A stretch of 64,000 bases of DNA from Nocardioides sp. (GCA_035248385.1 DATFHM010000073.1:16653-80652), one strand, 5' to 3'. Positions 28,712-38,453 are shown, numbered from the stretch's first letter. Translations and numbers: made by a program. The notes: generated from the letters alone by a model not told the origin.

Positions 28712-29626
28712 TCAGCCGGCCCGGCGGCCGACCGCGTCGCGCAGCGCGTCGGCCAGCAGGTTGAGGGCGAGGACGGTGGCGATGATGAAGCCGCCGACGG
28801 GATAGATGAGCCACCAGTAGCCGGCGGAGATGTAGGTGACGCCGCTGGCGAGCTGGCTGCCCCAGTCGGTGGCGGGGTAGCTCAGGCCGAACCCGAGGAA
28901 GCCGAGGGTCGCCACGGCGAGCACGGCGTCGGCGACCTGGAAGGTGATGTTGACGATGATCACGCCGAGCGCGTTCGGGATCAGGTGCCGCAGGATCAGC
29001 CGCCGCCGCGACGCCCCCATCACCTTCGCCGCGAGCACGAACTCGCGCACTCGCAGGGTCAGCACCTCACCGCGGATCAGCCGCGCGGGCACCAGCCACG
29101 AGAACGCGCCGATCACCAGGCTGAGCGCGACCGCGCTGGCGTGGTAGCGCGCCGAGAGGATCAGCACGAGGAACAGGAAGGGCACCGACAGCATCACGTC
29201 GACGAGCCGCATCATCAGCCCGTCCACCACTCCCCCCGCAAGACCGGCCACGGCGCCGTACAGGGTGCCGATGGTGGTGGCGATGAGGGCGGCGAGCAGG
29301 CCGATCTCGAGCGAGACCTGGCCTCCGCGCATCAGCCTGCCGAGCACGTCGAAGCCGTTGGTGTCGGTACCGAGCGGGTGCCCGGCGCCGGGCGGCAGCG
29401 CCGCGTCGAGCAGGTTCACGTCGACCTGGTTCGTCGGGTGCAGGACCGGACCGAGGAAGCAGAACCCCGCGAGCAGCACGAGGATCAGCACGCCGGCCAG
29501 CCCGAGCGGGCTGGAGCGCAGGCCGCGGAGCATCGCGCGGAACGGCGAGCCCGCACCGCTCCCGGCCCGGGCGACGATCGCGTCGACGTGCTCGGCCGAG
29601 TCGAGGGCACGCTGTGCGGTGCTCAC
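28712..29626 (-). CDS. Peptide ABC transporter permease (OppC/DppC)
   Basis: HPLGTD..GFDVLGRL, EAA loop EFVLAAKVMGAS. Confidence 0.92.
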   Translation of the reverse strand: MSTAQRALDSAEHVDAIVARAGSGAGSPFRAMLRGLRSSPLGLAGVLILVLLAGFCFLGPVLHPTNQVDVNLLDAALPPGAGHPLGTDTNGFDVLGRLMRGGQVSLEIGLLAALIATTIGTLYGAVAGLAGGVVDGLMMRLVDVMLSVPFLFLVLILSARYHASAVALSLVIGAFSWLVPARLIRGEVLTLRVREFVLAAKVMGASRRRLILRHLIPNALGVIIVNITFQVADAVLAVATLGFLGFGLSYPATDWGSQLASGVTYISAGYWWLIYPVGGFIIATVLALNLLADALRDAVGRRAG

Positions 29627-30573
29627 TTGACCAGCTCGATCCGTCGGTCCGCGATCGCCACCGCGATGTCGGACAGGAAGTTGCCGACCACGGTCAGCAC
29701 GCCTCCGATCAGGGTGTAGGCCAGCAGCACGGGGTAGTCCTCGCGCTGCAGGCTGTTGAGGAAGAGCAGGCCCAGGCCCGGGTAGTTGAACAGCGACTCG
29801 ACGATGAGGTTGCCCGCGAGCAGCGCCGGGATCGAGAGACCGACGAGGGTGATCAGCGGGAGGCAGGCGTTGCGCAGGAGGTGGCGGGTGAGGATCTGCC
29901 GCTCCGGCAGGCCCTTCGCGCGGGCCACGGTGATGTAGTCCTGGCCGAGCTGGTCGAGCGCGGCCGAGCGCTGGTACTGCGAGAAGATCGCGATGCTCGT
30001 CACCGCCAGCGTGAGGACCGGCAGGGCCATGGAGCGTGGGTCGGTGAACACCGCCCACGTCGATCCGGACTGCGAGGCCTCGGCCGGGAACAGGTGCACC
30101 TGCTGGCTGAGCAGCGCGATGAGGACGAGCCCCAGGAGGAATCCCGGCGTCGCGTAGAGCACGTACGCGATCGCCGTACCGAGGCGGTCCACGAGGCTGT
30201 TGCGCCGGACCGCCTGAAGGATGCCGAGGGGTACGGCGATGAGCAGGGCGACGACCAGCCCGGCGGCGGAGAGCATCGCGCTGCGGCCCGCGTTCTGCTG
30301 CAGCAGCGTGCCGACGCCCTCGTTGAGCTTGTAGGAGCGGCCCAGGTCGCCGCGGAGCAGGTCGTGGAGGTAGCTGAGGTACTGCAGCACCACCGGCCGG
30401 TCGAAGCCGTGCGCCTTGTCGAAGGCGGCCACCGCCTGGGGCGTGGCGCGCTGGCCGAGCACGATCCGGCCCGGGCTGTCCGAGACCACGTGCAGCAGGA
30501 AGAAGGTGACCGCGGAGATCCCGAAGAGCACGACGACGGAGATCGCGAGCCGGCGGACGACATAGCGGGTCAT
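29623..30573 (-). CDS. Peptide ABC transporter permease (OppB/DppB)
   Basis: GDLGRS, DYITVARAKGL, ESLFNYPGLG. Confidence 0.92.
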   Translation of the reverse strand: MTRYVVRRLAISVVVLFGISAVTFFLLHVVSDSPGRIVLGQRATPQAVAAFDKAHGFDRPVVLQYLSYLHDLLRGDLGRSYKLNEGVGTLLQQNAGRSAMLSAAGLVVALLIAVPLGILQAVRRNSLVDRLGTAIAYVLYATPGFLLGLVLIALLSQQVHLFPAEASQSGSTWAVFTDPRSMALPVLTLAVTSIAIFSQYQRSAALDQLGQDYITVARAKGLPERQILTRHLLRNACLPLITLVGLSIPALLAGNLIVESLFNYPGLGLLFLNSLQREDYPVLLAYTLIGGVLTVVGNFLSDIAVAIADRRIELVK

Positions 30574-32639
30574 GCGGGGGCCTCCGTCCGGACCAGCGGG
30601 AAGTGGCACGCGACCTGGTGGGTGGCGGTGACCGGCCGCAGGGTCGGCTCGACCTCCGTGCACAGGTCCGTGGCGAGCGGGCAACGGGTGCGGAACCGGC
30701 AGCCGCTGGGCGGGTCGACCGGGCTCGGCAGCTCGCCGCGGACCCGCGTCGACGGGTCACGCGGGGGCGCTTCCGGGTCCACGTCCGGTACGGCGGCGAG
30801 CAGGCCGGCCGTGTAGGGGTGCGCGGGGCCGGCGTACACCTCCTCGGCGGTGCCGACCTCGACCAGCTTGCCCAGGTACATCACGCCGACCCGGTCGGCG
30901 AGGTAGCGCACCACCGCCAGGTCGTGGGAGATGACGACGCTGCTCAGCTGCCGGGTGCGCTGGGTGCGCCGCATCAGGTTGAGCACCTGCGAGCGGATCG
31001 AGACGTCGAGCGCGCTGACCGGCTCGTCCGCGACGAGGACGTCGGGGTCGAGAGCCAGCGCGCGGGCCAGCCCGACCCGCTGCCGCTGACCGCCGGACAG
31101 CTCGTGCGGGTAGCGCTCCAGGACGTTCCCCGGGAGGCCGACGTCGGCGAGGAGCTCGTGCGCACGTGCGCTGCGCTCGGCGCGGGTGCCGATCCCCTGG
31201 ATTGCCAGCGGCTCCCGCAGGATCGCTCCGATCCGCATCCGCGGGTCCAGGGACGCGTTGGAGTCCTGGAACATCATCTGCAGCCGGGCCCGGTGGGGGC
31301 GGAGCGCTCGCGGCCCCAGCCCCGAGACGCTGACACCGTCGAAGACGACCTCGCCGCCGGTCGGCCGGTCCAGCGCCACCAGCATCCGGCCGAGCGTGGA
31401 CTTCCCGCACCCCGACTCCCCCAGCAGGCCGAAGGTCTCCCCGGCCGCGACCTCGAAGCTGACGCCCGAGACGGCCTTGAGGGTGCGGCGTCCGCCGAGG
31501 AGCGCGGTGCCGCCGACGGCGTACTCCCGGTGCAGGTCGACGACCCGCAGCCGGCTCGGCGCGCTGACGACGGGGGTGGGCTCCGGCAGGGCGCGCTCGC
31601 TGGTGCGGACGGCGACCCCGTCCGCGGGGTGCCAGCAGGCGAAGCGGTGGTCGCCGTCCGCCTCGATCGACATCGGCGGCTGCTCGGTGCGGCACTCGTC
31701 GGCGGCCGCCTCGCACCGCGGCGCGAACCGGCAACCGGCCACGTCGAGGGTCAGGTCCGGCGGCGCCCCGGGGATGCTGAACAGCTCCGCCCGCTTGTCC
31801 TGGGCGAGTGTCGGGATCGAGCTCAGCAGCGCCTGCGTGTAGCGGTGCCGCGTGCGGGTGAACAGCCGCGCGGTCGGCCCGGTCTCGGCGACCCGGCCGG
31901 CGTACATCACGCCGACCCGGTCGGCGTGCCGGGCGATGACGCCCATGTCGTGGGTGATCAGGATCAGCGCCATGCCGAGGCGCGCCTTGAGGTCGTCGAG
32001 CAGGTCGAGGATCTCGGCCTGGATGGTGACGTCGAGGGCTGTCGTCGGCTCGTCCGCGATGACCACGCGCGGCTCGCAGATCAGCGCCATCGCGATCATC
32101 ACCCGCTGCCGCATGCCTCCCGAGAGCTGGTGCGGGAAGTCGCGCATCCGCTCCCTCGGCTCCGGGATGCCCACCTGAGCGAGCATCTCCTCAGCCGCGC
32201 GCGCGGCAGCCTGCTTCGAGGCGCCACGGTGCACCCTCAGCGGCTCGGCCACCTGGTCGCCGATCCGCCGGGTCGGGTTGAGCGCCGTCATCGAGTCCTG
32301 GAAGACCATCGCGATCTCGTTGCCGCGGAGGCCGCGGTACGCCGCGCCGGGGAGCCCGACCAGCTCCCGCCCGTCGTACCGGATCGAGCCGCCGGTCACG
32401 CGGCCACCGGCCGGCAGCATGCCCATGACGGCCAGGCCCGTCATCGACTTGCCCGAGCCCGTCTCGCCGACGATGCCGAGGGTCTCGCGCGGGTGGAGGT
32501 CGAGGTCGACGTGGCTGATCGGGCGGACGACCCGCTCGCCGCGCCGGATCTCGACCGAGAGGTCGCGGATGCTCAGCACCGGACCGCCGGCCGCCGCAAC
32601 GGGCGCACCAGGGGCGAGCGGGGCATCGGGCGTCGTCAT
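30570..32639 (-). CDS. Peptide ABC transporter ATPase, fused OppD/OppF
   Basis: Two ABC domains: GETGSGKS/LSGGMRQR and GESGCGKS/LSGGQRQR; oligo_HPY Cys motifs. Confidence 0.92.
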   Translation of the reverse strand: MTTPDAPLAPGAPVAAAGGPVLSIRDLSVEIRRGERVVRPISHVDLDLHPRETLGIVGETGSGKSMTGLAVMGMLPAGGRVTGGSIRYDGRELVGLPGAAYRGLRGNEIAMVFQDSMTALNPTRRIGDQVAEPLRVHRGASKQAAARAAEEMLAQVGIPEPRERMRDFPHQLSGGMRQRVMIAMALICEPRVVIADEPTTALDVTIQAEILDLLDDLKARLGMALILITHDMGVIARHADRVGVMYAGRVAETGPTARLFTRTRHRYTQALLSSIPTLAQDKRAELFSIPGAPPDLTLDVAGCRFAPRCEAAADECRTEQPPMSIEADGDHRFACWHPADGVAVRTSERALPEPTPVVSAPSRLRVVDLHREYAVGGTALLGGRRTLKAVSGVSFEVAAGETFGLLGESGCGKSTLGRMLVALDRPTGGEVVFDGVSVSGLGPRALRPHRARLQMMFQDSNASLDPRMRIGAILREPLAIQGIGTRAERSARAHELLADVGLPGNVLERYPHELSGGQRQRVGLARALALDPDVLVADEPVSALDVSIRSQVLNLMRRTQRTRQLSSVVISHDLAVVRYLADRVGVMYLGKLVEVGTAEEVYAGPAHPYTAGLLAAVPDVDPEAPPRDPSTRVRGELPSPVDPPSGCRFRTRCPLATDLCTEVEPTLRPVTATHQVACHFPLVRTEAPA

Positions 32640-32672
32640 CGGCGCCGCAGCGTTCTCCAGGACCACGCGTCG

Positions 32673-32749
32673 ATGATGCGGCGCGGGCCGGAGTGGGTGT
32701 TCGTCGTACCGATCGAACAATGCCGGTGGGGTTCGTCCAGCAGGACAGG
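32673..32749 (-). promoter_or_regulatory. Putative PucR operator pair upstream of the opp operon
   Basis: Minus strand TACGACGAAC (32699-32708), second GACGAA 32 bp upstream, CATCAT 20 nt downstream. Confidence 0.6.
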
Positions 32750-32757
32750 CCGCGCGC

Positions 32758-33798
32758 TCATCGCTCCGCCGTCCCCGGTCGCCCGAGCTCGGCCGCGAGG
32801 AGACGGTGGACGTTCGCGCCGAGCACCGCGACGACGTCCGCCTCACGCCACCCTCGGCGCAGCAGAGCGTCGGTCACCAGGGGCAGACCCGCCGGGCCCT
32901 CCAGACCCGGGAGGTAGGCGTCGGGCGGCACCACGCCGGCGTACGGCGCCTCGCAGCAGGGTGGGGTGGTGTCGGCCAGGACCTCCTTGACGAAGTCCGG
33001 CCCGAGACCGACGTGCTCGATGCCGGCGACCTCGGCGACGTGCTCGAGGTGGTCGACCAGCCGGTCGATCGAGTGGTCGGTGGGGTGCAGGAACGGGGCG
33101 AAGAAGTTCACGCAGACCAGGCCGCCGCCGGCGGCGATCCCGCGGATCTGCTCGTCGGTCAGGTTGCGGTGGTGGTCGCACAGCGCCCGCGCCGAGGAGT
33201 GCGTCGCGATCGTCGGCCGGGTCGCGACCTCCAGGACGTGCTCGACCCCCGCCGCGCCGAGGTGGCTGAGGTCGACGAGCATCCCGAGCCGCTCCATCTC
33301 CGCCACCGCCGTGACACCCACGCGGGTCAGCCGGCTGCCGGTGGCGTCCTCCGCGCTCCCGTCCGCGAGCGCGGTGCGGCCGAAGTGGGCGAGCGACGCG
33401 ATGCGGACCCCGAGCCGGAACAGCGTCGTGAACAGCTCGACGTCCTCCCCCACGCCGGGCGCGCTCTCGAGCGCGAGCACCAGCGCGATCCGGCCGTCAG
33501 CGAGCACGGCGTCGATCTCGGCGCCGTCGCGGCACAGGCCGACGGCGTCGGGGTTGTCCTCGGCGATCCGGTGGGCCGCCTCGACCATGCGCAGCGTCTG
33601 CCGCAGCGCGCCCTCCGGCCGGAAGACGTCGTCGATGAAGACGGGCAGCACCTGCAGCCCGACCCCGCCCTCCTGCAGCTGCGGCAGCCATCGCTCCCGG
33701 AAGAAGGCTCCCCACCGGTCCACCGGCCGCGCGACGACCGCACAGAGCAGGTCGTTGTGCGTGTCCGCGACCAGGGCCCTTCGGTGCACGTCGTTCAC
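32758..33798 (-). CDS. M19 membrane-type dipeptidase
   Basis: DTHND, LES, DLSH, ATHS, RNLTD, GLGPDF. Confidence 0.9.
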   Translation of the reverse strand: MNDVHRRALVADTHNDLLCAVVARPVDRWGAFFRERWLPQLQEGGVGLQVLPVFIDDVFRPEGALRQTLRMVEAAHRIAEDNPDAVGLCRDGAEIDAVLADGRIALVLALESAPGVGEDVELFTTLFRLGVRIASLAHFGRTALADGSAEDATGSRLTRVGVTAVAEMERLGMLVDLSHLGAAGVEHVLEVATRPTIATHSSARALCDHHRNLTDEQIRGIAAGGGLVCVNFFAPFLHPTDHSIDRLVDHLEHVAEVAGIEHVGLGPDFVKEVLADTTPPCCEAPYAGVVPPDAYLPGLEGPAGLPLVTDALLRRGWREADVVAVLGANVHRLLAAELGRPGTAER

Positions 33799-35159
33799 TC
33801 CACCCTCCGATCCGCTCGCCCCGTGTGCAGGTACGCCGCCCGGCCGTGGCCGTCGTCGCCGAGGAACGCGATCGGTGCGTGCACGCCGCCCTCGCCGGTC
33901 ACGGGCAGCACCGTGTCGTCCGGTCCGCCGACCAGCTCCGTGCGGTACGCCGGTTCGCCGATCTCCGCCAGGACGCCGAGCGGGGTGCGGTCCAGCCACA
34001 CCCGGCCGTCGGCCTCGGCGGTGACGACGGTGCGGGCCACCACCGACTCGTAGGTGCCGACTACCCGCTGCGGATCCGGGACCGCTCGGTCGGGATCAGG
34101 CTCCGTCGGGCGCGGCAGCTCGATCCCCGCGAGGTCGCGCAGCACCGTGGCCACGATCTCGTCGTGCAGGAGGCGCTGCTCGCCCCCGTTGCTGAGCACG
34201 GCCACCGCGAGGTCGTGGTCGGGCGCGATCCGCAGCGACGCGGACTGGCCGATCGTGTTGCCGTCGTGACCGACCACGCGGCCGGTGGGGAGCTGCCACA
34301 GCTCCCAGCCGAGCCCCCAGCTCGTGCCGTGCCCGGTCGGAGGCTGGTCGACCTGCGGCTCCTGCATCGCCGCGACGGTGCGCGCGTTCAGGACCCGGTC
34401 GCCGCCGGGGCCCATCCCGTCGCTCAGGTGCATCCGTGCGAAGGAGATCAGGTCCGTGGCGCGCATCGCGAGCATCGATCCCGCCGGCGCGTTGGAGCGC
34501 GCCAGGGCCCAGACGTCCGTGGGCTCGTCCGTCGGGTGCCCGACCGCCACGCGGAACAGGACGGCGTCGTACGGATCGCAGGCGACGTGGGACAGCCCCA
34601 GCGGCGCGACGAGGTGGTCGCGCAGGCAGGCGTCGTACGGCTTGCCCCGGAGCACCTCGACCAGCCGGCCGAGGACGCAGAAACCCGCGTTGTTGTAGGA
34701 GAACAGCTCGCCGGGCGGGAACAGCTGCGGGGTGTCGGCCAGCAGCGCGACGTACCGCTCGACGCAGTCGTCGCCCTTGCCCGTGTCGGTGAAGACGTCA
34801 CCCTCGAAGCCGGCGACGTGGCACAGCAGGTGCCGGGCGGTGACCGTGGCGGACGCCCGCTCGTCCGCGACCCGGAAGCCCGGGAGGGAGGCGCGGATCG
34901 GCGCGTCGAGGTCGAGCAGGCCCTCCTCGGCCAGCTGCAGCACGAGGGTCGCGGTCCAGGTCTTGGTGACCGAGCCGATCTGGAAGATCGCATCGGTGGT
35001 CGCCTCGACGCCGGTGGCGCGGTTCAGCACACCGGCGGCCGCGGCCACCGTCTCGTCGCCCCACCCGATCGCGACCGATGCGGCCGGGACGGCGTGCTCC
35101 CGGAGCAGCTCGGGCAGCCGTCGGCGTACCCAGTCCCCCACGTCGTCCAGCTGCGCCAC
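33795..35159 (-). CDS. Beta-lactamase-fold serine hydrolase (S12, D-stereospecific peptidase-like)
   Basis: SVTK, YNN, GHDG motifs; no signal peptide. Confidence 0.88.
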   Translation of the reverse strand: MAQLDDVGDWVRRRLPELLREHAVPAASVAIGWGDETVAAAAGVLNRATGVEATTDAIFQIGSVTKTWTATLVLQLAEEGLLDLDAPIRASLPGFRVADERASATVTARHLLCHVAGFEGDVFTDTGKGDDCVERYVALLADTPQLFPPGELFSYNNAGFCVLGRLVEVLRGKPYDACLRDHLVAPLGLSHVACDPYDAVLFRVAVGHPTDEPTDVWALARSNAPAGSMLAMRATDLISFARMHLSDGMGPGGDRVLNARTVAAMQEPQVDQPPTGHGTSWGLGWELWQLPTGRVVGHDGNTIGQSASLRIAPDHDLAVAVLSNGGEQRLLHDEIVATVLRDLAGIELPRPTEPDPDRAVPDPQRVVGTYESVVARTVVTAEADGRVWLDRTPLGVLAEIGEPAYRTELVGGPDDTVLPVTGEGGVHAPIAFLGDDGHGRAAYLHTGRADRRVE

Positions 35160-35187
35160 CCGCACCCCTCCGTCTCGGCTGGGGCCG

Positions 35188-35264
35188 ACGATAGGACGCC
35201 GCCTGCTCCGCCTGTTCGTCGTAGCCGCCAAGGCACGCCGTCGGGCTTGGTCCGGCCGACCCAA
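35188..35264 (-). promoter_or_regulatory. Putative PucR operator pair upstream of the hydrolase-dipeptidase genes
   Basis: Minus strand TACGACGAAC (35214-35223), TATCGT 20 nt downstream, upstream imperfect palindrome TTGGTCCGGCCGACCCAA (35247-35264). Confidence 0.6.
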
Positions 35265-35354
35265 CGAGGGGACACAGCCCGCTCCTGTCCGCAGATCCGC
35301 TGGATCCACCTCATTCCCATGACAACCGCCCGAAACCCGAGGCATCCTTTTCTC

Positions 35355-35397
35355 GACCGGCCAGGTGACCCGAGACGCCTGGCCGGTCTTCATTTTT
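35355..35397 (+). terminator. Intrinsic terminator-like hairpin in a divergent intergenic region
   Basis: GACCGGCCAGG / CCTGGCCGGTC 11-bp stem followed by TTCATTTTT. Confidence 0.7.
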
Positions 35398-35492
35398 GCC
35401 GCATCGCCGCGCGCCCCTCAGGGAACCCGCTCCGCCGCCGATCGGAAGAGGACAGGAAAGCTTTCCCAGGCCCCGGGCGGAGGGCGGCACCC

Positions 35493-36668
35493 TTGGACGT
35501 CGCGACATTGCGGATCGCGTTCGCGATCCTCGCCGGCGTCCTCGTCGTGCTCTTCTACGCCGCCGCCTACCGGCCCACCCGGGCTCCGTTCTCCGGGTGG
35601 TGGACCGTCGCGCTCACGCTCTTCCTCGGCAGCGCCGTGGCCTTCCTCGGCAACGGGAGTGCCGCGCAGGCCGTGCTCAACCCGCTCGGCAGCGGGCTGG
35701 CCGTGGCCGGCGCCGAGGCCGCGTGGTGCGGCGCGAGGTCGCTGCACACCCAGCCGCTGCGCTGGCGCTGGCTGGTCGTCGGGCCGGTCATCGCGGTCGC
35801 GGCCGGTGCGCTGGACGACCCGGCCCACAACAGCTGGGCGGGCGGCCTGCCGTTCCTCGTCCTGATGTCCGCCGGCTTCGCCGGCGCCAGCCTGGAGATG
35901 CGAGCGGCGGCCCGATCGCTCGCCGAGCGGACCACCGGGCGCCGGGAGTCGGACGGCCAGGGGCTGCTGGTCCTGGCCGGCGCCCTCCGAGCCGCCTCCG
36001 GGCTGCTCGCTCTCTACTACGCGGGCCGCGCGACGGCGTACGTCTGGGTGGGGCCGTCCAGCCACACCTTCACCACCTTCTTCGGCGCGGCGCCGACGAC
36101 GGTCCTGCTGATCGTCCAGCTCGCGACGGTGTCCTTCACCATGTCGTCGCTGAGCACCCTGCAGCAGATCGCGGACCTGCGGCAGCGCGCCCTCTACGAC
36201 CAGCTGACCGGGCTGATGCGGGCCCAGGAGTTCCGCCGGTACGCCGCCGCGGCCCTCCCCCACCTGGCCCGGGAGGGCGAGGTCACCGTCGTCGCCATGG
36301 CCGACTTCGACCACTTCAAGGACATCAACGACGAGCTCGGCCACCGGGCCGGCGACGACGTCCTCCAGGCAATGGGGCACGCCGTGCTGGCCACCGTCGG
36401 AACATCGGGGTTGTGCGGGCGGCTCGGCGGCGACGAGTTCGGGCTGCTGTTCCCGGCCGCCTCGGTCGACGACGCCGAGCGTCTGCTCGACCTGCTCACC
36501 GAGGAGTTCGAGCGTGCCGTCCACCTGCCCGACGGCCGCGTGCCCACCTTCAGCGTCGGCGTCGCACCCGCGACCGCCGGGGACAGCATCACCTCGCTGC
36601 TCGACCGAGCCGACCAGGCCCTCTACCGGGCCAAGCAGTCCGGACGGAGCTGCGCGGTCCGGGGCTGA
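35493..36668 (+). CDS. Membrane-bound diguanylate cyclase (GGDEF)
   Basis: ~7 TM N-terminus; DQLTGL, DFDHFKDINDELGH..GD, RLGGDEF, ADQALYRAK; TTG start inferred. Confidence 0.9.
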   Translation: MDVATLRIAFAILAGVLVVLFYAAAYRPTRAPFSGWWTVALTLFLGSAVAFLGNGSAAQAVLNPLGSGLAVAGAEAAWCGARSLHTQPLRWRWLVVGPVIAVAAGALDDPAHNSWAGGLPFLVLMSAGFAGASLEMRAAARSLAERTTGRRESDGQGLLVLAGALRAASGLLALYYAGRATAYVWVGPSSHTFTTFFGAAPTTVLLIVQLATVSFTMSSLSTLQQIADLRQRALYDQLTGLMRAQEFRRYAAAALPHLAREGEVTVVAMADFDHFKDINDELGHRAGDDVLQAMGHAVLATVGTSGLCGRLGGDEFGLLFPAASVDDAERLLDLLTEEFERAVHLPDGRVPTFSVGVAPATAGDSITSLLDRADQALYRAKQSGRSCAVRG

Positions 36669-36689
36669 GGGCCAGGTCGCACCCTCGCC

Positions 36690-37856
36690 TCAGAGACGCT
36701 CGATGATCGTCGCGTTGGCCAAGCCGCCGGCCTCACACATCACCTGCAGCCCGTAGCGGCCGCCGCGCTGCTCGAGGACGTTGACCAGGCTGGTCGCGAG
36801 TCGGCCACCTGAGGCGCCGAGCGGGTGCCCGATGGCAATGGCGCCACCGTTGATGTTGACCTTGTCGAGGTCGGCTCCGGTCTCCTTCTGCCATGCGAGG
36901 ACGACCGACGCGAAGGCCTCGTTGACCTCGAAGGCGTCGATGTCGTCGAGCGTCAGGCCGGCGCGCTGCAGCACCCGCTGCGTCGCGGGGATGATGCCGG
37001 TGAGCATGAAGATCGGGTCGTCGCCGACGACCGCGAAGGAGTGCACCCGCGCCCGCGGCCTGAGGCCGAGCCGGGCCGCCGCGTCCTCCGAGGTCACGAG
37101 GACGGCGGACGCGCCGTCGTTGACCGGCGAGCTGTTGCCGGCGGTGATGCGCCAGTCGATCTCCGGGTACGCCGCAGCCCAGTCCTCGCTCCAGAACGCC
37201 GGCCGCAGGCCGGCGAGGATCTCGGCGGTGGTGCCCGGCCGGATGGTCTCGTCAGTGCGCAGCTCGTTGACGAAGGTGACCTGGCTGTCGATCAGGCCGT
37301 CCTTCCAGGCCTGCGCCGCCCGCTCGTGCGACATCGCGGAGTACTCGTCCAGCTGGGCGCGCGAGAGGTCCCACTTGTTCGCGATCAGCTCGGCGCTGAT
37401 GCCCTGCGGCACCAGCCCTCCCCCATAGCGCGCGTTCACCGCAGGGCCGAAGAAGTCCTTGCCGGCGAACTGGCTGCCGATCGGGATGCGGCTCATCGAC
37501 TCGATGCCCGAGGCGACCGCGACGTCGTACGCGCCCGCCATGACGCCTTGGGCCGCGAAGTGCAGCGCCTGCTGGCTGCTGCCGCACTGACGGTCGACGG
37601 TCACGCCCGGGACCGTCTCCGGGTAGCCCGCGGCGAGCAGCGCCCACCGCGCGGTGTTGCCGGACTGCTCCCCGACCTGACCGACGGCGCCGGAGATGAC
37701 GTCGTCGATCACGGCCGGGTCGATGCCGGTGCGGTCGACGAGTGCCCGCAGGGCGTGGGCATGGAGGTCGACGGGGTGGATGTCGGCGTACGCCCCACCC
37801 GGCTTGCCCTTGGCGAGCGGCGTCCGGACGGCGTCAACGATGACTGCAGCGTTCAT
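36690..37856 (-). CDS. Acetyl-CoA acyltransferase (thiolase)
   Basis: RQCGSS, NEAFA, GHPLGASG, MCEAGG. Confidence 0.93.
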   Translation of the reverse strand: MNAAVIVDAVRTPLAKGKPGGAYADIHPVDLHAHALRALVDRTGIDPAVIDDVISGAVGQVGEQSGNTARWALLAAGYPETVPGVTVDRQCGSSQQALHFAAQGVMAGAYDVAVASGIESMSRIPIGSQFAGKDFFGPAVNARYGGGLVPQGISAELIANKWDLSRAQLDEYSAMSHERAAQAWKDGLIDSQVTFVNELRTDETIRPGTTAEILAGLRPAFWSEDWAAAYPEIDWRITAGNSSPVNDGASAVLVTSEDAAARLGLRPRARVHSFAVVGDDPIFMLTGIIPATQRVLQRAGLTLDDIDAFEVNEAFASVVLAWQKETGADLDKVNINGGAIAIGHPLGASGGRLATSLVNVLEQRGGRYGLQVMCEAGGLANATIIERL

Positions 37857-37872
37857 GATGTCCTCCTCGGTG

Positions 37873-37936
37873 CTGACTCGAGATCTTGAAGTCAGATGAG
37901 GAACGCTACACTCTGGCTATTGATTCCTGAAGTCAG
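37873..37936. promoter_or_regulatory. Two imperfect palindromes, probable HxlR-family operators
   Basis: CTGACT-N11-AGTCAG (37873-37895) and CTGGCT-N12-AGTCAG (37913-37936) between divergent thiolase and regulator genes. Confidence 0.6.
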
Positions 37937-37952
37937 TTCGAAGGTGAGGTGG

Positions 37953-38453
37953 GTGACAGTGCAGCTGCAGGCACCGCTCGACGACCGCGCGACCTGGTCC
38001 CCCGTCGGCCACTGCCCGATCGAGAAGGCGATGGGCGTGGTCGGCGCCCGTCCGGCGATGCTGCTCATGCGCGAGGCCCACTACGGCACCCGCCGTTTCG
38101 ACGACTTCGTGACGCGTGTGGGTGTCGCGCCGGCGACGGCCGCGACCCACCTGCGCAACCTCACCGAGGCCGGCCTTCTCGAGCGCAGGCCCTACCAGGA
38201 CGACGGCGCGCGCACCCGCGACGAGTACGTCCTCACCGCGGCCGGTGCCGACCTGATGCCCGTGGTCATCGGGCTCTTCGCGTGGGGCATCAAGTACGCC
38301 GGCGGCTCCGACCAGCTCGAGCTCGCCCATGCCGGTTGCGCCGAGCCCGTCCAGGTCACCGTCGCCTGCGCGGCGGGCCACGAGGTCACCGAGGACGACG
38401 TCGAGGTCCGCCTGCGCAGGCCGATCGGTACGACGGGCCGACGCCGGCCCTAG
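37953..38453 (+). CDS. HxlR-family winged-helix regulator
   Basis: CPIEKAM..VG, GTRRFDDF, EYVLT..G.DL, H..C...C..GH. Confidence 0.88.
   Translation: MTVQLQAPLDDRATWSPVGHCPIEKAMGVVGARPAMLLMREAHYGTRRFDDFVTRVGVAPATAATHLRNLTEAGLLERRPYQDDGARTRDEYVLTAAGADLMPVVIGLFAWGIKYAGGSDQLELAHAGCAEPVQVTVACAAGHEVTEDDVEVRLRRPIGTTGRRRP

Noticed and set aside
33795-35159. Beta-lactam resistance gene
   Set aside because: No signal peptide, HDG rather than KTG, and the context is peptide catabolism.
33825-35492. N-terminal extension making the GGDEF ORF 947 aa
   Set aside because: Overlaps the antisense serine hydrolase and crosses a terminator; the real start is near 35493.
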